Positions 1 to 10,144 are shown, counted from the stretch's first letter. The stretch is 64,000 nucleotides of DNA from Candidatus Latescibacterota bacterium (GCA_965261395.1 OZ253462.1:64001-128000), one strand, 5' to 3'. Made by a program: numbers and translations. Notes: generated by a model not told the origin, from the letters alone.

Positions 1-361
1 CGGGCAGCACTCCATCTTGGGGGGAAAGCACCCCGCCGAGCACGTGATACGCCCCGGAGTAAAACTGGCTCATCTCAAAGGCCAGCACATCGCTGGCTTC
101 GGCCACCACGCAGATAAACTGCTGGTCGCGCCGGGTGTCTCGGCAGACTCCGCATAGGGGCTCGCCCTTTTGGGTGAAATTGTAGCAGGTGGCACAGTGT
201 TCGATTTGGTCTTTGGCGGCAATGAGCGCCTTGGCGAGCAGTTCGGCTTCCTCGCGCGGCCTCTTGACCACATAGAGCGCCAAGCGCTGCGCTGTCTTGC
301 GGCCGATACCGGGCAACTTGGCAAATGCGACGATCAAGTCTTCGAGGGCCAGAGGTTCCAT
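1..361 (-). CDS. recR: Recombination mediator RecR (5' part; truncated by window edge)
   Basis: Manual translation from ATG 361: MEPLALEDLIVAFAKLPGIGRKTAQRLA (HhH), C4 zinc finger CATC..CGVC, ICVVAE, YHVLGGVLSP. Not in the ORF track. Confidence 0.96.
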   Translation of the reverse strand, partial: MEPLALEDLIVAFAKLPGIGRKTAQRLALYVVKRPREEAELLAKALIAAKDQIEHCATCYNFTQKGEPLCGVCRDTRRDQQFICVVAEASDVLAFEMSQFYSGAYHVLGGVLSPQDGVLP

Positions 362-369
362 GAGATCTC

Positions 370-1968
370 TCAGACTAACTCGCCGTCAAAAGTGTCGAGC
401 ACCGAACGGAGAGTGGGGTCGGACTCGGGTTGGCTCACCGCCTGCGGGGCCGGCTCATCTCCCTTCTTTACTACGGCCTCCAAGCGCAGCCGCCGCCCGT
501 ATTTCGCCTCGGCTATCTCCTCTACGCTGTCGCGGTTGTTGAGCACTTGGTTCATGGCAAAGCGGTCGTCGGCACCAAAGCTCAGCCTGAGCACGTGGCT
601 CTCTAGACTATCTAAGGTCGCTCTATTGAGAAAACCGGCCAGCGACGGCTTGGCGGCGCGCACGGCATTGACTAACTCGGCCCAAGTGGTGCGCACCTGA
701 TCAAAACTCAGGCCGGCAGCGGTAGCGGCATTGCTCAACTCAGCCGGGGCGGCGACTTGATGCTGGGCCGGGGGCGGGAGCACAGCCTGTTCGCTCCGAC
801 CGCTTGGGGACGGGGTCACGACCGGGCGCGGCGCAGTACTTTCGAGCGACTGCAAGCGGCGTAGCAACTCGCCCACATCGACAGACCGACCCATCAGCGC
901 CAGATGCACCAAGGCGATTTCCACGCGAAAACGCGGCTGTACCGAGCGCTTTATATCGGCTTCTAAATCCAAAAGCGACTGCATCATGCGTAGTAGGTCT
1001 TCGGCCGCCATGGCAGCCGCGAGTTCACCACAGCGACGGCGGGCGTCTTCGTCCATATCCAGTTCGTCGGTCCCGCCCTGTATCTTGGCGAAGAGCAGGT
1101 GGCGCAAAAGTTCGCCCAGACCATAGACGAACTCCTCAATATCGGCCCCTTCGTCAACGGCCTGGGCGACGATATCCAGCACCCGTGCGGGAGCAGCTTC
1201 ACGCATGGCGTCGAGCAATTCAAAGTAGAGGCCGCGATCGACGAGACCCAACACCTGTACCACGGCTTGCTGCGACACCTCCGCGCCCAACGAGACCACT
1301 TGATCGAGTAGGCTCTCGGCGTCGCGCAAGGCACCATCCGCGCGGCTAGCCAGCATATGGAGCGCCCCCTCCTCGACCGCGATGCCCTCGGCTTGGGCAA
1401 TGGTGCCGAGATGGGCAGCGATCTGCCCGGTCGAGATGCGGCGAAAATTAAAGCGCTGACAGCGCGAGAGGATGGTGTCGGGGACCGACTGCACCTCCGT
1501 GGTGGCGAAGATGAAAACCACGTGCTCCGGCGGCTCCTCCAGCGTCTTCAGCAGCGCATTGAACGCCGCGGTCGAGAGCATGTGAACTTCGTCGATGATA
1601 TAGATCTTATAGACGCCTTCGGTCGCAGCGTAGCGCACCACTTCGCGCAACTCGCGGATGTCATCGACGCTGTTGTTGGAGGCCCCGTCGATCTCCAGCA
1701 CGTTCATGCTGATGGAGGCGACGATGCTCTTGCAGGAATCGCATGTCTCGCAGGGATTGCCATCGCGGCGGTCGGCGCAGTTGAGGACCTTGGCGAGAAT
1801 CCGCGCGGTCGTGGTCTTGCCCACGCCGCGGGGGCCGCAAAACAGGTAGCACTGCGCGATGCGCCCAGAATGGACGGCATTCCTTAAGGTGGCAGTGATA
1901 TGCTCCTGCCCGACGACTTCGTCGAATTGGCGAGGACGCCACTTGCGCGCTGTTACCTGATAGGCCAT
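370..1968 (-). CDS. dnaX: DNA polymerase III subunit gamma/tau
   Basis: MAYQVTARKWRP start (ATG 1968), Walker A GPRGVGKTT, C4 Zn, EIDGASN, IIDEVHML, SRC motif. Confidence 0.97.
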   Translation of the reverse strand: MAYQVTARKWRPRQFDEVVGQEHITATLRNAVHSGRIAQCYLFCGPRGVGKTTTARILAKVLNCADRRDGNPCETCDSCKSIVASISMNVLEIDGASNNSVDDIRELREVVRYAATEGVYKIYIIDEVHMLSTAAFNALLKTLEEPPEHVVFIFATTEVQSVPDTILSRCQRFNFRRISTGQIAAHLGTIAQAEGIAVEEGALHMLASRADGALRDAESLLDQVVSLGAEVSQQAVVQVLGLVDRGLYFELLDAMREAAPARVLDIVAQAVDEGADIEEFVYGLGELLRHLLFAKIQGGTDELDMDEDARRRCGELAAAMAAEDLLRMMQSLLDLEADIKRSVQPRFRVEIALVHLALMGRSVDVGELLRRLQSLESTAPRPVVTPSPSGRSEQAVLPPPAQHQVAAPAELSNAATAAGLSFDQVRTTWAELVNAVRAAKPSLAGFLNRATLDSLESHVLRLSFGADDRFAMNQVLNNRDSVEEIAEAKYGRRLRLEAVVKKGDEPAPQAVSQPESDPTLRSVLDTFDGELV

Positions 1969-2018
1969 TTGCGTTGCTCGACACAGCCAAGCTGAAGGGA
2001 ACAAACTAAAAATTAAAA

Positions 2019-2289
2019 GGCCGTGCACCCATCTTCGACCCCGCCCTCAGGTCTGCCCAGTGCCAGTTAGCTCCAACCGGACCACTCTGCGGCACACCAA
2101 GAGACATTCCTACCGCTGCTACCTTCCGGTCCTGACGGGGTTCAGAAGCTCTTGATTGCGCAGAATCCGGTCTTCAGCGCCACTTTGCTCCAGTCGAACA
2201 AGAGGTGCGAAAACCTCTGGATGGGAATTCAATCCCGCTATAGCGGATTGCGGGTACAGGGCACCGCTACCTCCCCATCTAGCACGACC
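2019..2289 (-). ncRNA. ffs: Signal recognition particle RNA, long form with Alu domain (~271 nt)
   Basis: Minus strand starts GGTCGTGCTAGATGGGGAGGTAGCGGTGCCCTGTACCCGCAATCCGCTATAGCGG (closely like the B. subtilis scRNA Alu domain), contains helix 8 TCAGGACCGGAAGGTAGCAGC and ends GGTGCACGGCC, which pairs with the 5' end. Confidence 0.93.
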
Positions 2290-2327
2290 TAAAATACTGC
2301 ATTTCACCAGCGGGTATCCGGAAAATA

Positions 2328-2403
2328 TGGTGGAGCAGATGGGGATCGAACCCACGACCTCCAGATTGCGAACCTGGCGCTCTCCCAGCTGAGCTACTGC
2401 CCC
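2328..2403 (-). tRNA. tRNA-Ala(CGC)
   Basis: GGGGCAG...CTGCTCCACCA with G3:U70; anticodon arm CCAGG-TTCGCAA-TCTGG; encoded CCA. Confidence 0.95.
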
Positions 2404-2417
2404 ATCCAGATCAATTA

Positions 2418-2508
2418 TGGCGGAGAGAGTGGGATTCGAACCCACGGTAGGGGGTTACCCTACACACGATTTCCAGTCGTGCACCTTCGACCACTCGGCC
2501 ATCTCTCC
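2418..2508 (-). tRNA. tRNA-Ser(GGA)
   Basis: GGAGAGA...TCTCTCCGCCA, anticodon arm CACGA-CTGGAAA-TCGTG, long variable arm. Confidence 0.96.
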
Positions 2509-2530
2509 ACAAAAAACACGTTGCCTTAGA

Positions 2531-2620
<90 letters not shown>

Positions 2621-2625
2621 TCAAT

Positions 2626-3111
2626 CTACTTGGCCGCTCGCAGAGCCGCAAAAAAACCCTTGAGCAACTCGACACATTCTCGCTCTAGCACCCCGCCGCG
2701 GACCTGACAGCGGTGATTGAGCCGAGGATCCTCCACGATATTGCGCAGCGAACCGCAAGCACCGGATTTGGGATCGACGGCCCCGAAGACCAGCCGCGGC
2801 ACCCGGGCCAAAACCGCAGCCCCAGCGCACATGGCGCAAGGTTCCAAAGTGACATACAGCGTAGTCGCCAACAAACGCCGCGTACCCAGTGCTGCCGCCG
2901 CTTGGCGCAAGGCCAGCATCTCCGCGTGGGCCGTGGGATCCTGCGCCGCTTCAATGGCGTTGCCGGCCCGGCCCAAAACCCGGCCGGCACCGACGACGAC
3001 AGCACCGACGGGCACCTCGCCGCGACGGCCAGCTCGCTCGGCCTCGCGCAGAGCCTCGAGCATCCAGCGACCGTCTTCGGCAAATGAGCTAAGTTCTTCC
3101 GTAGAATCCAT
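2626..3111 (-). CDS. tadA: tRNA adenosine(34) deaminase
   Basis: EVPVGAV, DPTAHAE, TLEPCAMC, FGAVDPK, LNH motifs; likely start ATG 3111. Confidence 0.95.
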   Translation of the reverse strand: MDSTEELSSFAEDGRWMLEALREAERAGRRGEVPVGAVVVGAGRVLGRAGNAIEAAQDPTAHAEMLALRQAAAALGTRRLLATTLYVTLEPCAMCAGAAVLARVPRLVFGAVDPKSGACGSLRNIVEDPRLNHRCQVRGGVLERECVELLKGFFAALRAAK

Positions 3112-3147
3112 TTGAGGCCGTTTTAAGGGGCCTCCCAAGCGGTGTTA

Positions 3148-3176
3148 AATATAACGGCTGCCCAAAACAAGAGCAA
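3148..3176 (-). promoter_or_regulatory. Putative sigma70 promoter of tadA-tRNA-ffs-dnaX
   Basis: TTGCTC-17 bp-TATATT on the minus strand. Confidence 0.5.
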
Positions 3177-3190
3177 GGCTTAGTGGCGCT

Positions 3191-3621
3191 TCAAAAGCGC
3201 TTGCGATAGTGGTCGCGGGGAAACAGAGAAGAGGCCCGACGCTGCCAGTAACTTTCCTCGTCGGGAGCGATTTTGCGATCGAGCGGATCGCGCCCCAAAA
3301 GGCGCATACCAAGCCCGATCAGCGTAAAAAGCGTGTAGAAAACCAGCCCTAAGAGCAGGTGGATATTGACAAAGGCCACAATTCTCGCCAGCCACATGTA
3401 GGGAAAGTAGATCGGCTTCAGCACCACGGGCAGCGCCAATCCGGCCCCGAGAAACACCAGCGAGGCCGCGTGTACGTGTACAAGCTGGGCGATGCCGATC
3501 GCTTCCACGTACCACAAGTAGCCGCCTAGCAGTGCCAGCACGCCGCCAGCACGAGTCCGAATCGGCGCAAATCGCCGCGCGTGGGAACCGCAATCCCCCA
3601 GTAGCTCTTGACCTCAGTCAA
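3191..3621 (-). pseudogene. SxtJ-family membrane protein, frameshifted near 3541-3545 (pseudogene or sequencing error)
   Basis: TTG at 3621 overlapping the carbamoyltransferase stop gives (M)TEVKSYWGIAVPTRGDLRRFGLVLA, then a stop. The C-terminal SxtJ-like part (PIYFPYM..LLGLVFY..LLGRDPLDR..SYW) is in another frame (3191..3541). Confidence 0.7.
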
Positions 3622-5437
3622 GCTCGAACTCCTCTTGCCAATCCAGCTCTTCCTGCCACTGCGGCTGGTCTTTCTTGTCCAAGATATAAGAGCCCATGAC
3701 CAAAAAATCCATCTCGGTCCGCATGAAGCAGCGATAGGCATCTTCTGGGCTTTGGACGATGGGTTCGCCGCGCACGTTGAAGGACGTGTTGACCACCACT
3801 GGATATCCGGTCAGGCTCTGAAAGGCGCGAATCACGTCGTAGTAGCGCGGGTGATCTTGCCGGCGCAGCGTCTGCACTCGCGCCGAGTAATCCACGTGGG
3901 TGACGGCCGGCATATCCGAGCGCGGCACGTTTAGCTTGTCGATGCCGAACAGCCGCTGCTGGCCCTCGCTCATGGGGATCTGACGTTCCGCTTTAATCGG
4001 AGCCACTTGCAGCATGTAAGGCGAGTCGGCATCCAGCTCAAAGAACTCGTGTACACATTCGCGCAACACCGTCGGGGCAAAGGGGCGGAAACTCTCGCGG
4101 AACTTGATCTTGCGGTTCATCACCGACTGCATCTGGGTTGAGCGCGGATCGCCGAGAATCGACCGGGCGCCGAGCGCGCGCGGCCCAAATTCCATCCGCC
4201 CCTGAAAAAAGCCGACGACCTTGCCCGCGGCCAAAAGCTCGGCCACGCGCACCGGCAACTCGTCCTCGGCGAGCTTTTGCGCCACCCCCTCCTGCTGCTC
4301 AATGCACTGGTAGATTTCTTCGTCCCCGTACTCAGGCCCTAACAGCGCCCCCCGCATCGCGTCGTTTGCGCCGTCTGCCACCCGCTCGTGGCCCAAGTGG
4401 TTATACCACAGCGCCAGTGCGACGCCCAAGGCCCCGCCGGCATCGCCCGCAGCCGGCTGGATCCAGATGTTTTCAAAAGGGCCCTCGCGCAAGATGCGGC
4501 CGTTGCCAACGCAATTGAGTGCCACGCCACCGGCCATGCACAAATTTTTGAGCTTGGTTTCTCTGTGCACCGTGCGGGCAATGCGCAACATGACTTCTTC
4601 GGTGACGACCTGACAGGAGCGCGCAATATCCATCTCGCGCTGCGTCAGCGGCGTCTCGGGCCGCCGCGGCGCTCCCCCGAAGAGCTTGTCCATGGCCCGG
4701 CTGGTCATCGTCAAGCCGGAGAGGTAGTTGAAATAACGAGTGTTGAGCTTGAAGGAGCCGTCGTCTTTCAGATCGATTATCTCGTTGAGCATTAGCTCGA
4801 CGTATTTCGGCTCGCCATACGGGGCCAGCCCCATCAGCTTGTACTCGCCGGAGTTGACCTTGAAGCCCGCAAAATAGGTAAAAGCCGAATAGAACAAACC
4901 CAGCGAATGGGGAAACTTGATGTCGGCCAAGGTGTGAATTTCGGCATCTCGGCCGTAGCCATAGCTGGTAGTGGTCCACTCGCCGACCCCGTCCAAGGTC
5001 GCGATCGCCGCTTCTCGATACGGCGACGGATAGAAGGCCGACGCGGCGTGCGACTCGTGGTGGTCGCTGAACATTACCGGTACATCGCAGCCTAGCTGCT
5101 CTTGGATTAACTGCGGGATCCACAGTTTTTTTTCTAGCCAGACCTTCATGCTCTTCCAGTAGAGGCGGAGGCCCAATGGCGCAGTGCCGAGATGAGTCTC
5201 TAGCAGGCGTTCAAAGGTCAGCAGGGGTTTGTCGTAAAACCCCACGCAGTACAGATCTGTGGCCTCAATACCGCCTTCCCGCAGACAGTAGCTGACGGCA
5301 TGAGCGGGAAAATCTGGATCGTGTTTAACGCGCGTGAATCGCTCCTCCTGAGCAGCGGCGACGATCTCTCCGTCGCGCACCAAACAGGCCGCGCTATCGT
5401 GGTAGAACGCGGAAATGCCGAGGATGTGAGTGGCCAT
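3614..5437 (-). CDS. O-carbamoyltransferase, NodU/CmcH (SxtI-like) family
   Basis: ILGISAFYHDSAA, EERF, HHESHAASAF, DGVGE, GEYKLMGLAPYG, GGVALNC, EFGPRALG, NTSFN. Confidence 0.93.
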   Translation of the reverse strand: MATHILGISAFYHDSAACLVRDGEIVAAAQEERFTRVKHDPDFPAHAVSYCLREGGIEATDLYCVGFYDKPLLTFERLLETHLGTAPLGLRLYWKSMKVWLEKKLWIPQLIQEQLGCDVPVMFSDHHESHAASAFYPSPYREAAIATLDGVGEWTTTSYGYGRDAEIHTLADIKFPHSLGLFYSAFTYFAGFKVNSGEYKLMGLAPYGEPKYVELMLNEIIDLKDDGSFKLNTRYFNYLSGLTMTSRAMDKLFGGAPRRPETPLTQREMDIARSCQVVTEEVMLRIARTVHRETKLKNLCMAGGVALNCVGNGRILREGPFENIWIQPAAGDAGGALGVALALWYNHLGHERVADGANDAMRGALLGPEYGDEEIYQCIEQQEGVAQKLAEDELPVRVAELLAAGKVVGFFQGRMEFGPRALGARSILGDPRSTQMQSVMNRKIKFRESFRPFAPTVLRECVHEFFELDADSPYMLQVAPIKAERQIPMSEGQQRLFGIDKLNVPRSDMPAVTHVDYSARVQTLRRQDHPRYYDVIRAFQSLTGYPVVVNTSFNVRGEPIVQSPEDAYRCFMRTEMDFLVMGSYILDKKDQPQWQEELDWQEEFELD

Positions 5438-5529
5438 AAGGAACTTGACAAAATGGGCTATAACAGCGATACTAAAAAGTTTTTATAACCTACGGATTCT
5501 ATTGAAAAATATCAAGTTAGGGTCATTTA

Positions 5530-6801
5530 ATGGAACGGCTTTCACTCCTGTCTGAAGACCAAGTTCGCGCCGTCCAGCGGCAGTTTGGCACGCCCACTTT
5601 TGTCTATGACCAAAAGGCGTTGGAATCCCAAGCCCAAAAGGCACTGGCCTTCCCCAATGCACACGGCCTAACGGTTCGCTACGCGGTGAAAGCCTGTCCA
5701 GCAGCCGGCGTGATTCGCATTCTCAACCGCGCCGGCCTACACATCGACGCGAGTAGTGGCTACGAAGCGCTGCGGGCCATGCGCGCTGGCGTCCCAGCGG
5801 CCCAGATTCAGATCACGGCCCAACAGCTACCCGACAATATAGCAGACCTAGTCCGCCAAGGCGTACTCTTTAACGCTTGTTCCGTACACCAGCTCGAAGC
5901 CTACGGCCGACTCTTTCCGGGCCGTGAAGTCTCCGTGCGCGTCAACCCAGGACTAGGCTCGGGGCACAGCAACCGCACCAATACGGGCGGCCCTTCGTCG
6001 AGCTTCGGCATCTGGCACGAGCACCTCGACCAAGTGCTCGCAACAGCAGCCGACCACGACCTGCACATCACCGGCTTGCACAGCCATATCGGCTCGGGCA
6101 GCGACCCAGAAGTCTGGCAGCACTGTGCCCGGCTGACGCTGGGTGTGGCCGCCAAGCTGCCCGAGGTTAGGCGCGTGAGTATGGGCGGCGGTTTCATGGT
6201 TGGGCGCATGGCCGACGAAGTATCGACCGACTTGCGCGAAGCTGGCCAACCTGTCGCCGACGAATTCAACCGCTTTGCCCGCGAGCACGGCCGCAGGCTG
6301 CACATGGAAATCGAACCCGGGACCTTCTTGGTGGGCAACGCCGGTGCCATCGTCTGCAGCATCGTCGATGTAGTCGACACCGGCCAGCAGGGCTATTTCT
6401 TCATCAAGGTCGATAGCGGCATGACCGAAGTGCTGCGTCCTAGCTTGTACGGGGCACAACATCCCATCGTCGTGGTCCCGGCCACACCAGAAGAACGCGG
6501 CCAAGGCGAGTACCTAATCGCCGGTCATTGCTGTGAAAGCGGGGATATTCTCACGCCAGCATCCGGCAACCCCGAAGAGCTGGCACCCCGCTTACTCACC
6601 GAGCCGCGCATCGGCGACGCGGTTTTTATCGGCGGCAGTGGGGCCTATTGCGCTGGCATGGCAGCCAAAAACTACAATTCCTTCCCGGAAGCATGCGAAG
6701 TCTTGCTCGGCACAGACGGCGAGCTCCATCTGCTGCGCCAGCGCCAGACCCTCGACCAGATCGTAGCCAACGAGTCCCTACCCGCTTTCCTCAGCGCCTG
6801 A
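5530..6801 (+). CDS. lysA: Diaminopimelate decarboxylase
   Basis: FGTP.FVYD, YAVKA (PLP Lys), HIGSG, EPG, RPSLY, CESGD, GAY..M..NYN. Confidence 0.93.
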   Translation: MERLSLLSEDQVRAVQRQFGTPTFVYDQKALESQAQKALAFPNAHGLTVRYAVKACPAAGVIRILNRAGLHIDASSGYEALRAMRAGVPAAQIQITAQQLPDNIADLVRQGVLFNACSVHQLEAYGRLFPGREVSVRVNPGLGSGHSNRTNTGGPSSSFGIWHEHLDQVLATAADHDLHITGLHSHIGSGSDPEVWQHCARLTLGVAAKLPEVRRVSMGGGFMVGRMADEVSTDLREAGQPVADEFNRFAREHGRRLHMEIEPGTFLVGNAGAIVCSIVDVVDTGQQGYFFIKVDSGMTEVLRPSLYGAQHPIVVVPATPEERGQGEYLIAGHCCESGDILTPASGNPEELAPRLLTEPRIGDAVFIGGSGAYCAGMAAKNYNSFPEACEVLLGTDGELHLLRQRQTLDQIVANESLPAFLSA

Positions 6802-7821
6802 ACTGCGTAGCTTCGGGTCCAGCGCGTCGCGCAGCCCGTCGCCCAGCAGGTTGTACAGGGTCACTGTCGCAAAAATGGCCACGCCTGGTACGACCACCAA
6901 CCACCAAGCTGCCGTATTGCTGCGCGCTCCAGCCAGCAGGGCACCCCAAGTGATCACTTCTGCCGGTATCCCCACGCCCAAAAAGCTCAATCCCGACTCG
7001 GCGAGTATGGCACCCGCGACCCCGAAGGCCACCGGGATCAGGATCGGTCCGATGGCGTTGGGCAGGATGTGGCGGAACATGATTCGTCCGTTTGAGTACC
7101 CGAGACTGCGAGCTGCGGCCACGTAATCGTAGCTGCGCACCTGCAAAAACTGCGAGCGCGTCAAGCGGGCAATACTGACCCAACTCGTAAGACCGATAAT
7201 GACCATGACGAAGAACAGACTCGGCGGAAAAAACGCCGCGACCGTCAGGATTAGGAAGAAGCTGGGGATCGCGGCCCACAGCTCGAAAAGGCGCGAGAGT
7301 GCCAAGTCTATCCAGCCGCCTAAGTAGCCGGCCAACGCCCCTAAGACCAAGCCAATGGTCAGCGATATGCCCACGGCTACTAGGCCGATGGTCATGGCGT
7401 AGCGCGTGCCGTGAATCAGCCCCGAGAGCACGTCGCGGCCCAAGCGGTCCGTGCCCAGCCAGTGCTCAGCTCCGGGGGACTGGTACTTCTCCCGCAAGCG
7501 AATTTCGCCCGGGGCATACGGCACCGGCGGGAAGATGGCCTCCTCTAGCTTGAGCTTTTTGAAGTTGCGGCGGCGCTTCAATTCCACCGGCCAGTCCACT
7601 ACCCCCAGATAGACTCCGTATTGGCGGAAAGCTGGAAAGTAGATCTCTCCCTTGTATTTCATGTAGTACGGCTTGTCGCCGGCCAGTAAGTCGGCGCTCA
7701 TGGCCACAATCCCCAGCAAGACGACGCCCAAGAGACTGAACAGAGCGGGTTTGTTTTTCTTGAACTGCTTCCAGACGACCTGCCCGTAGGACTGCCCTTG
7801 TGCAACGGCCTCCGCGCTCAT
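6778..7821 (-). CDS. Peptide ABC transporter permease, OppC/DppC type
   Basis: HWLGTDRLGRD, EAA-like loop YVAAARSLG, HILPN, NLLGDGLRDALDP. Confidence 0.93.
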   Translation of the reverse strand: MSAEAVAQGQSYGQVVWKQFKKNKPALFSLLGVVLLGIVAMSADLLAGDKPYYMKYKGEIYFPAFRQYGVYLGVVDWPVELKRRRNFKKLKLEEAIFPPVPYAPGEIRLREKYQSPGAEHWLGTDRLGRDVLSGLIHGTRYAMTIGLVAVGISLTIGLVLGALAGYLGGWIDLALSRLFELWAAIPSFFLILTVAAFFPPSLFFVMVIIGLTSWVSIARLTRSQFLQVRSYDYVAAARSLGYSNGRIMFRHILPNAIGPILIPVAFGVAGAILAESGLSFLGVGIPAEVITWGALLAGARSNTAAWWLVVVPGVAIFATVTLYNLLGDGLRDALDPKLRSSGAEESG

Positions 7822-9117
7822 CTATACACTCGCAAAGTCGATGCGCGGGTCCACGGCCTTGAGCAGAATATCCGCCACCAAGATCCCCGCCAGCGACAGG
7901 GCCGCGCCAATGGTAAAGAGCGCCATGGCCACGGGGTAATCGCGCACGATGACCGACTGGAAGGCCAAGAAGCCCATGCCCGGAATGGTAAAGATCGTCT
8001 CGATAAACACCGAACCCGCGATCATCCCCGGCAAAAGCCCCGCCAGCAGTGTCACGATGGGAATCAGGGAGTTGCGCAGCACGTGGCGCAGCACCACAAC
8101 TCGGTAGCGCAATCCCTTGGCTTGGGCTGTGCGCACGTAGTCCAGCCGCAAATTCTCCAGCATGCTGGTGCGCATATAGCGCGAGATACCGGCGAAGCTG
8201 GCGTAGGTCGAAGCCAATACCGGCAAGACCATGTGGTGGGCGTGGTCGGTCAACAGCCGCCAGAATCCCCAGTCTTCCCCCGCTTCTATAGATTGGATCC
8301 CAGAGGCCGGAAACCAGTGGAAGAATTCCTTGTTGCAGAAAAACAAGATCAACAGCATGCCGACCCAGAACGAAGGCATCGACCACAGCATAAAAGTCCC
8401 GGTGGTAGCCAAGCGATCGATAGCGGTATTTTGCTTGACCGCGATCACTATGCCCAGTGGCACGCCGATGAGATAGGCAAAGACTAGACTGATGAGGTTG
8501 ATTTCCAGCGTGACGGGCAGCCGGTCGAGGATGTGGTCAATGACCGGTTCTTGGTCTTTGAAGGAACGCCCCAAATTCAGCGTCACCAAACGCCAGCTAT
8601 CCGTCTGCATCAGCTCCAAGCCAGACCCGGCATAAGCGTAGTTTTTGGCGGGCGAGAAAAGGCGGCTCTGCCAGAAAGGCGACTCGACTAGCTCGTTGAC
8701 GCGCTCGGGGCGCAGGCGGCGAAAGTGCTCCAAAAAGCGCGCCTTGCGCTCTGCGCCCTCAAGCACCGCCAATTCGGCTCGCGCCGCATCTGGCAGCTCG
8801 TCGAGCATCGCGTCGGCCAACAAGGCCCCGCGGTCGAATGCGTCTAGGTCTTCCACGCGCAAGACCAAGTTGGAAAGCCAGTGCAAATACTGGAGGTACA
8901 GCGGTTGGTCCAGTCCGAGCTGGCGACGCAAATCCCGGCGCGTCTTCTCCATGTTCGCCTGGTGGTCGGTGGAGATCCCCTCGCCACCAGCGGCCCCCCC
9001 CAAGAACAGATCAACCGGGTCGCCGGGCGCCAAGCGCATAATCAGGAAGGTCAGTAGGGTGATGCCGAGGAGGGTTGGGATGGCCAGCAGAATGCGCTGG
9101 ATGGTGTACTGCAGCAT
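7822..9117 (-). CDS. Peptide ABC transporter permease, OppB/DppB type with long extracytoplasmic insertion
   Basis: RLAPGDP, GLDQP..QY, LGRSF, DYVRTAQAKGL, HVLRNSLIP, ETIF.IPGMG, RDYP, DPRI. Confidence 0.92.
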   Translation of the reverse strand: MLQYTIQRILLAIPTLLGITLLTFLIMRLAPGDPVDLFLGGAAGGEGISTDHQANMEKTRRDLRRQLGLDQPLYLQYLHWLSNLVLRVEDLDAFDRGALLADAMLDELPDAARAELAVLEGAERKARFLEHFRRLRPERVNELVESPFWQSRLFSPAKNYAYAGSGLELMQTDSWRLVTLNLGRSFKDQEPVIDHILDRLPVTLEINLISLVFAYLIGVPLGIVIAVKQNTAIDRLATTGTFMLWSMPSFWVGMLLILFFCNKEFFHWFPASGIQSIEAGEDWGFWRLLTDHAHHMVLPVLASTYASFAGISRYMRTSMLENLRLDYVRTAQAKGLRYRVVVLRHVLRNSLIPIVTLLAGLLPGMIAGSVFIETIFTIPGMGFLAFQSVIVRDYPVAMALFTIGAALSLAGILVADILLKAVDPRIDFASV

Positions 9118-9139
9118 GGTGGATTACAGCGCGGGCGCT

Positions 9140-10144
9140 TTACTCTTCTAGTTCCTCAGCCCGCGCAAACGCCGCCTCGCTCTCCTCAACCAAGTCCTTG
9201 TGGGCGTAAACCGTCCCCAAGTGCAACCACACCAACTCATTGTCTGGCATTTGTTCGGCGAGCTGCTCCAAGAGCGGCAACGCACCGTCCATGTCCTCTG
9301 TGGCCAAGTGGACCATGGCGAGGTTGTAGAGTACGTCCCCGTCGTCGGGTTCGAGCTGTAGGGCCTGCTCATAGGCCCGCTTAGCCGCGGTGTATTTTTC
9401 TTGCTGCCAGTAGAGGTTGCCCAAGTTGAAGCGGGGCCTGAAATCATCGGGGTTCTGCTCAATAACCTTGCGATAATTGGCCTCAGCGCCCTCGTAGTCC
9501 TCGGCTTGGGCTTGGGCGATGGCGAGATTGGTCAGGGCATTGAGGTTTGCGGGATTGATCTTGACCGCCTGCGACAAGGTGCCGATGGCCGCATCGAGGT
9601 CGCCTTTTCCTAAGTAAAGCGACCCTAGGCTGAAAAAGGTGCCCTCGTCTTCTGGATCCGCCGACGCGACCTTCTGATAGGTAGCAATGGCCGCATCCGT
9701 GCTGTCGATCTGGTAATAGACGTACGCGAGGTTGCGCCAAGCGTCGAGCGCGCTTTCGTCGATGATGGTCGCGTTGTGAAACGAGTGCCGCGCCATGACG
9801 TAATTCGGGGCCTCGCCTTGGGCATGAGCGACGCCGGCCTTGTACTCGCGCGCCCAAAATTGGCGGCGCGTTTGTTCAACCTCACTTTGAAACTTAGAAT
9901 CGCTCTCGGCGTGCGCCAAGTGCTCGGCCATTTCGCCATAGCGGCCCTCGTCCCCTAAAAGCTTGCCCATGAGCAAGTGGGCCTCGTAATTTTCCGGCTC
10001 GGTCTGCAAGACTAGGGCGAGTTGTTTTTTGGCCTCTTGCGGCCGCTCCTGCTTGATATAGAGCCTGGCCGCCGTCATGGTCGAACTCTGACATCCCAAT
10101 CCGGCGACGGCGACGAGCACCGCCAGCCAGCACACGCACTTCAT
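9140..10144 (-). CDS. TPR-repeat lipoprotein
   Basis: MKCVCWLAVLVAVAGLG-C lipobox followed by many TPRs (e.g. ALTNLAIAQAQAEDYEGAEANYRKVIEQNP). Confidence 0.85.
   Translation of the reverse strand: MKCVCWLAVLVAVAGLGCQSSTMTAARLYIKQERPQEAKKQLALVLQTEPENYEAHLLMGKLLGDEGRYGEMAEHLAHAESDSKFQSEVEQTRRQFWAREYKAGVAHAQGEAPNYVMARHSFHNATIIDESALDAWRNLAYVYYQIDSTDAAIATYQKVASADPEDEGTFFSLGSLYLGKGDLDAAIGTLSQAVKINPANLNALTNLAIAQAQAEDYEGAEANYRKVIEQNPDDFRPRFNLGNLYWQQEKYTAAKRAYEQALQLEPDDGDVLYNLAMVHLATEDMDGALPLLEQLAEQMPDNELVWLHLGTVYAHKDLVEESEAAFARAEELEE

Noticed and set aside
3191-5437. Saxitoxin or other secondary-metabolite cluster
   Set aside because: Only the widespread carbamoyltransferase and sxtJ-like genes are present, flanked by tadA and lysA; no sxtA, PKS or NRPS.
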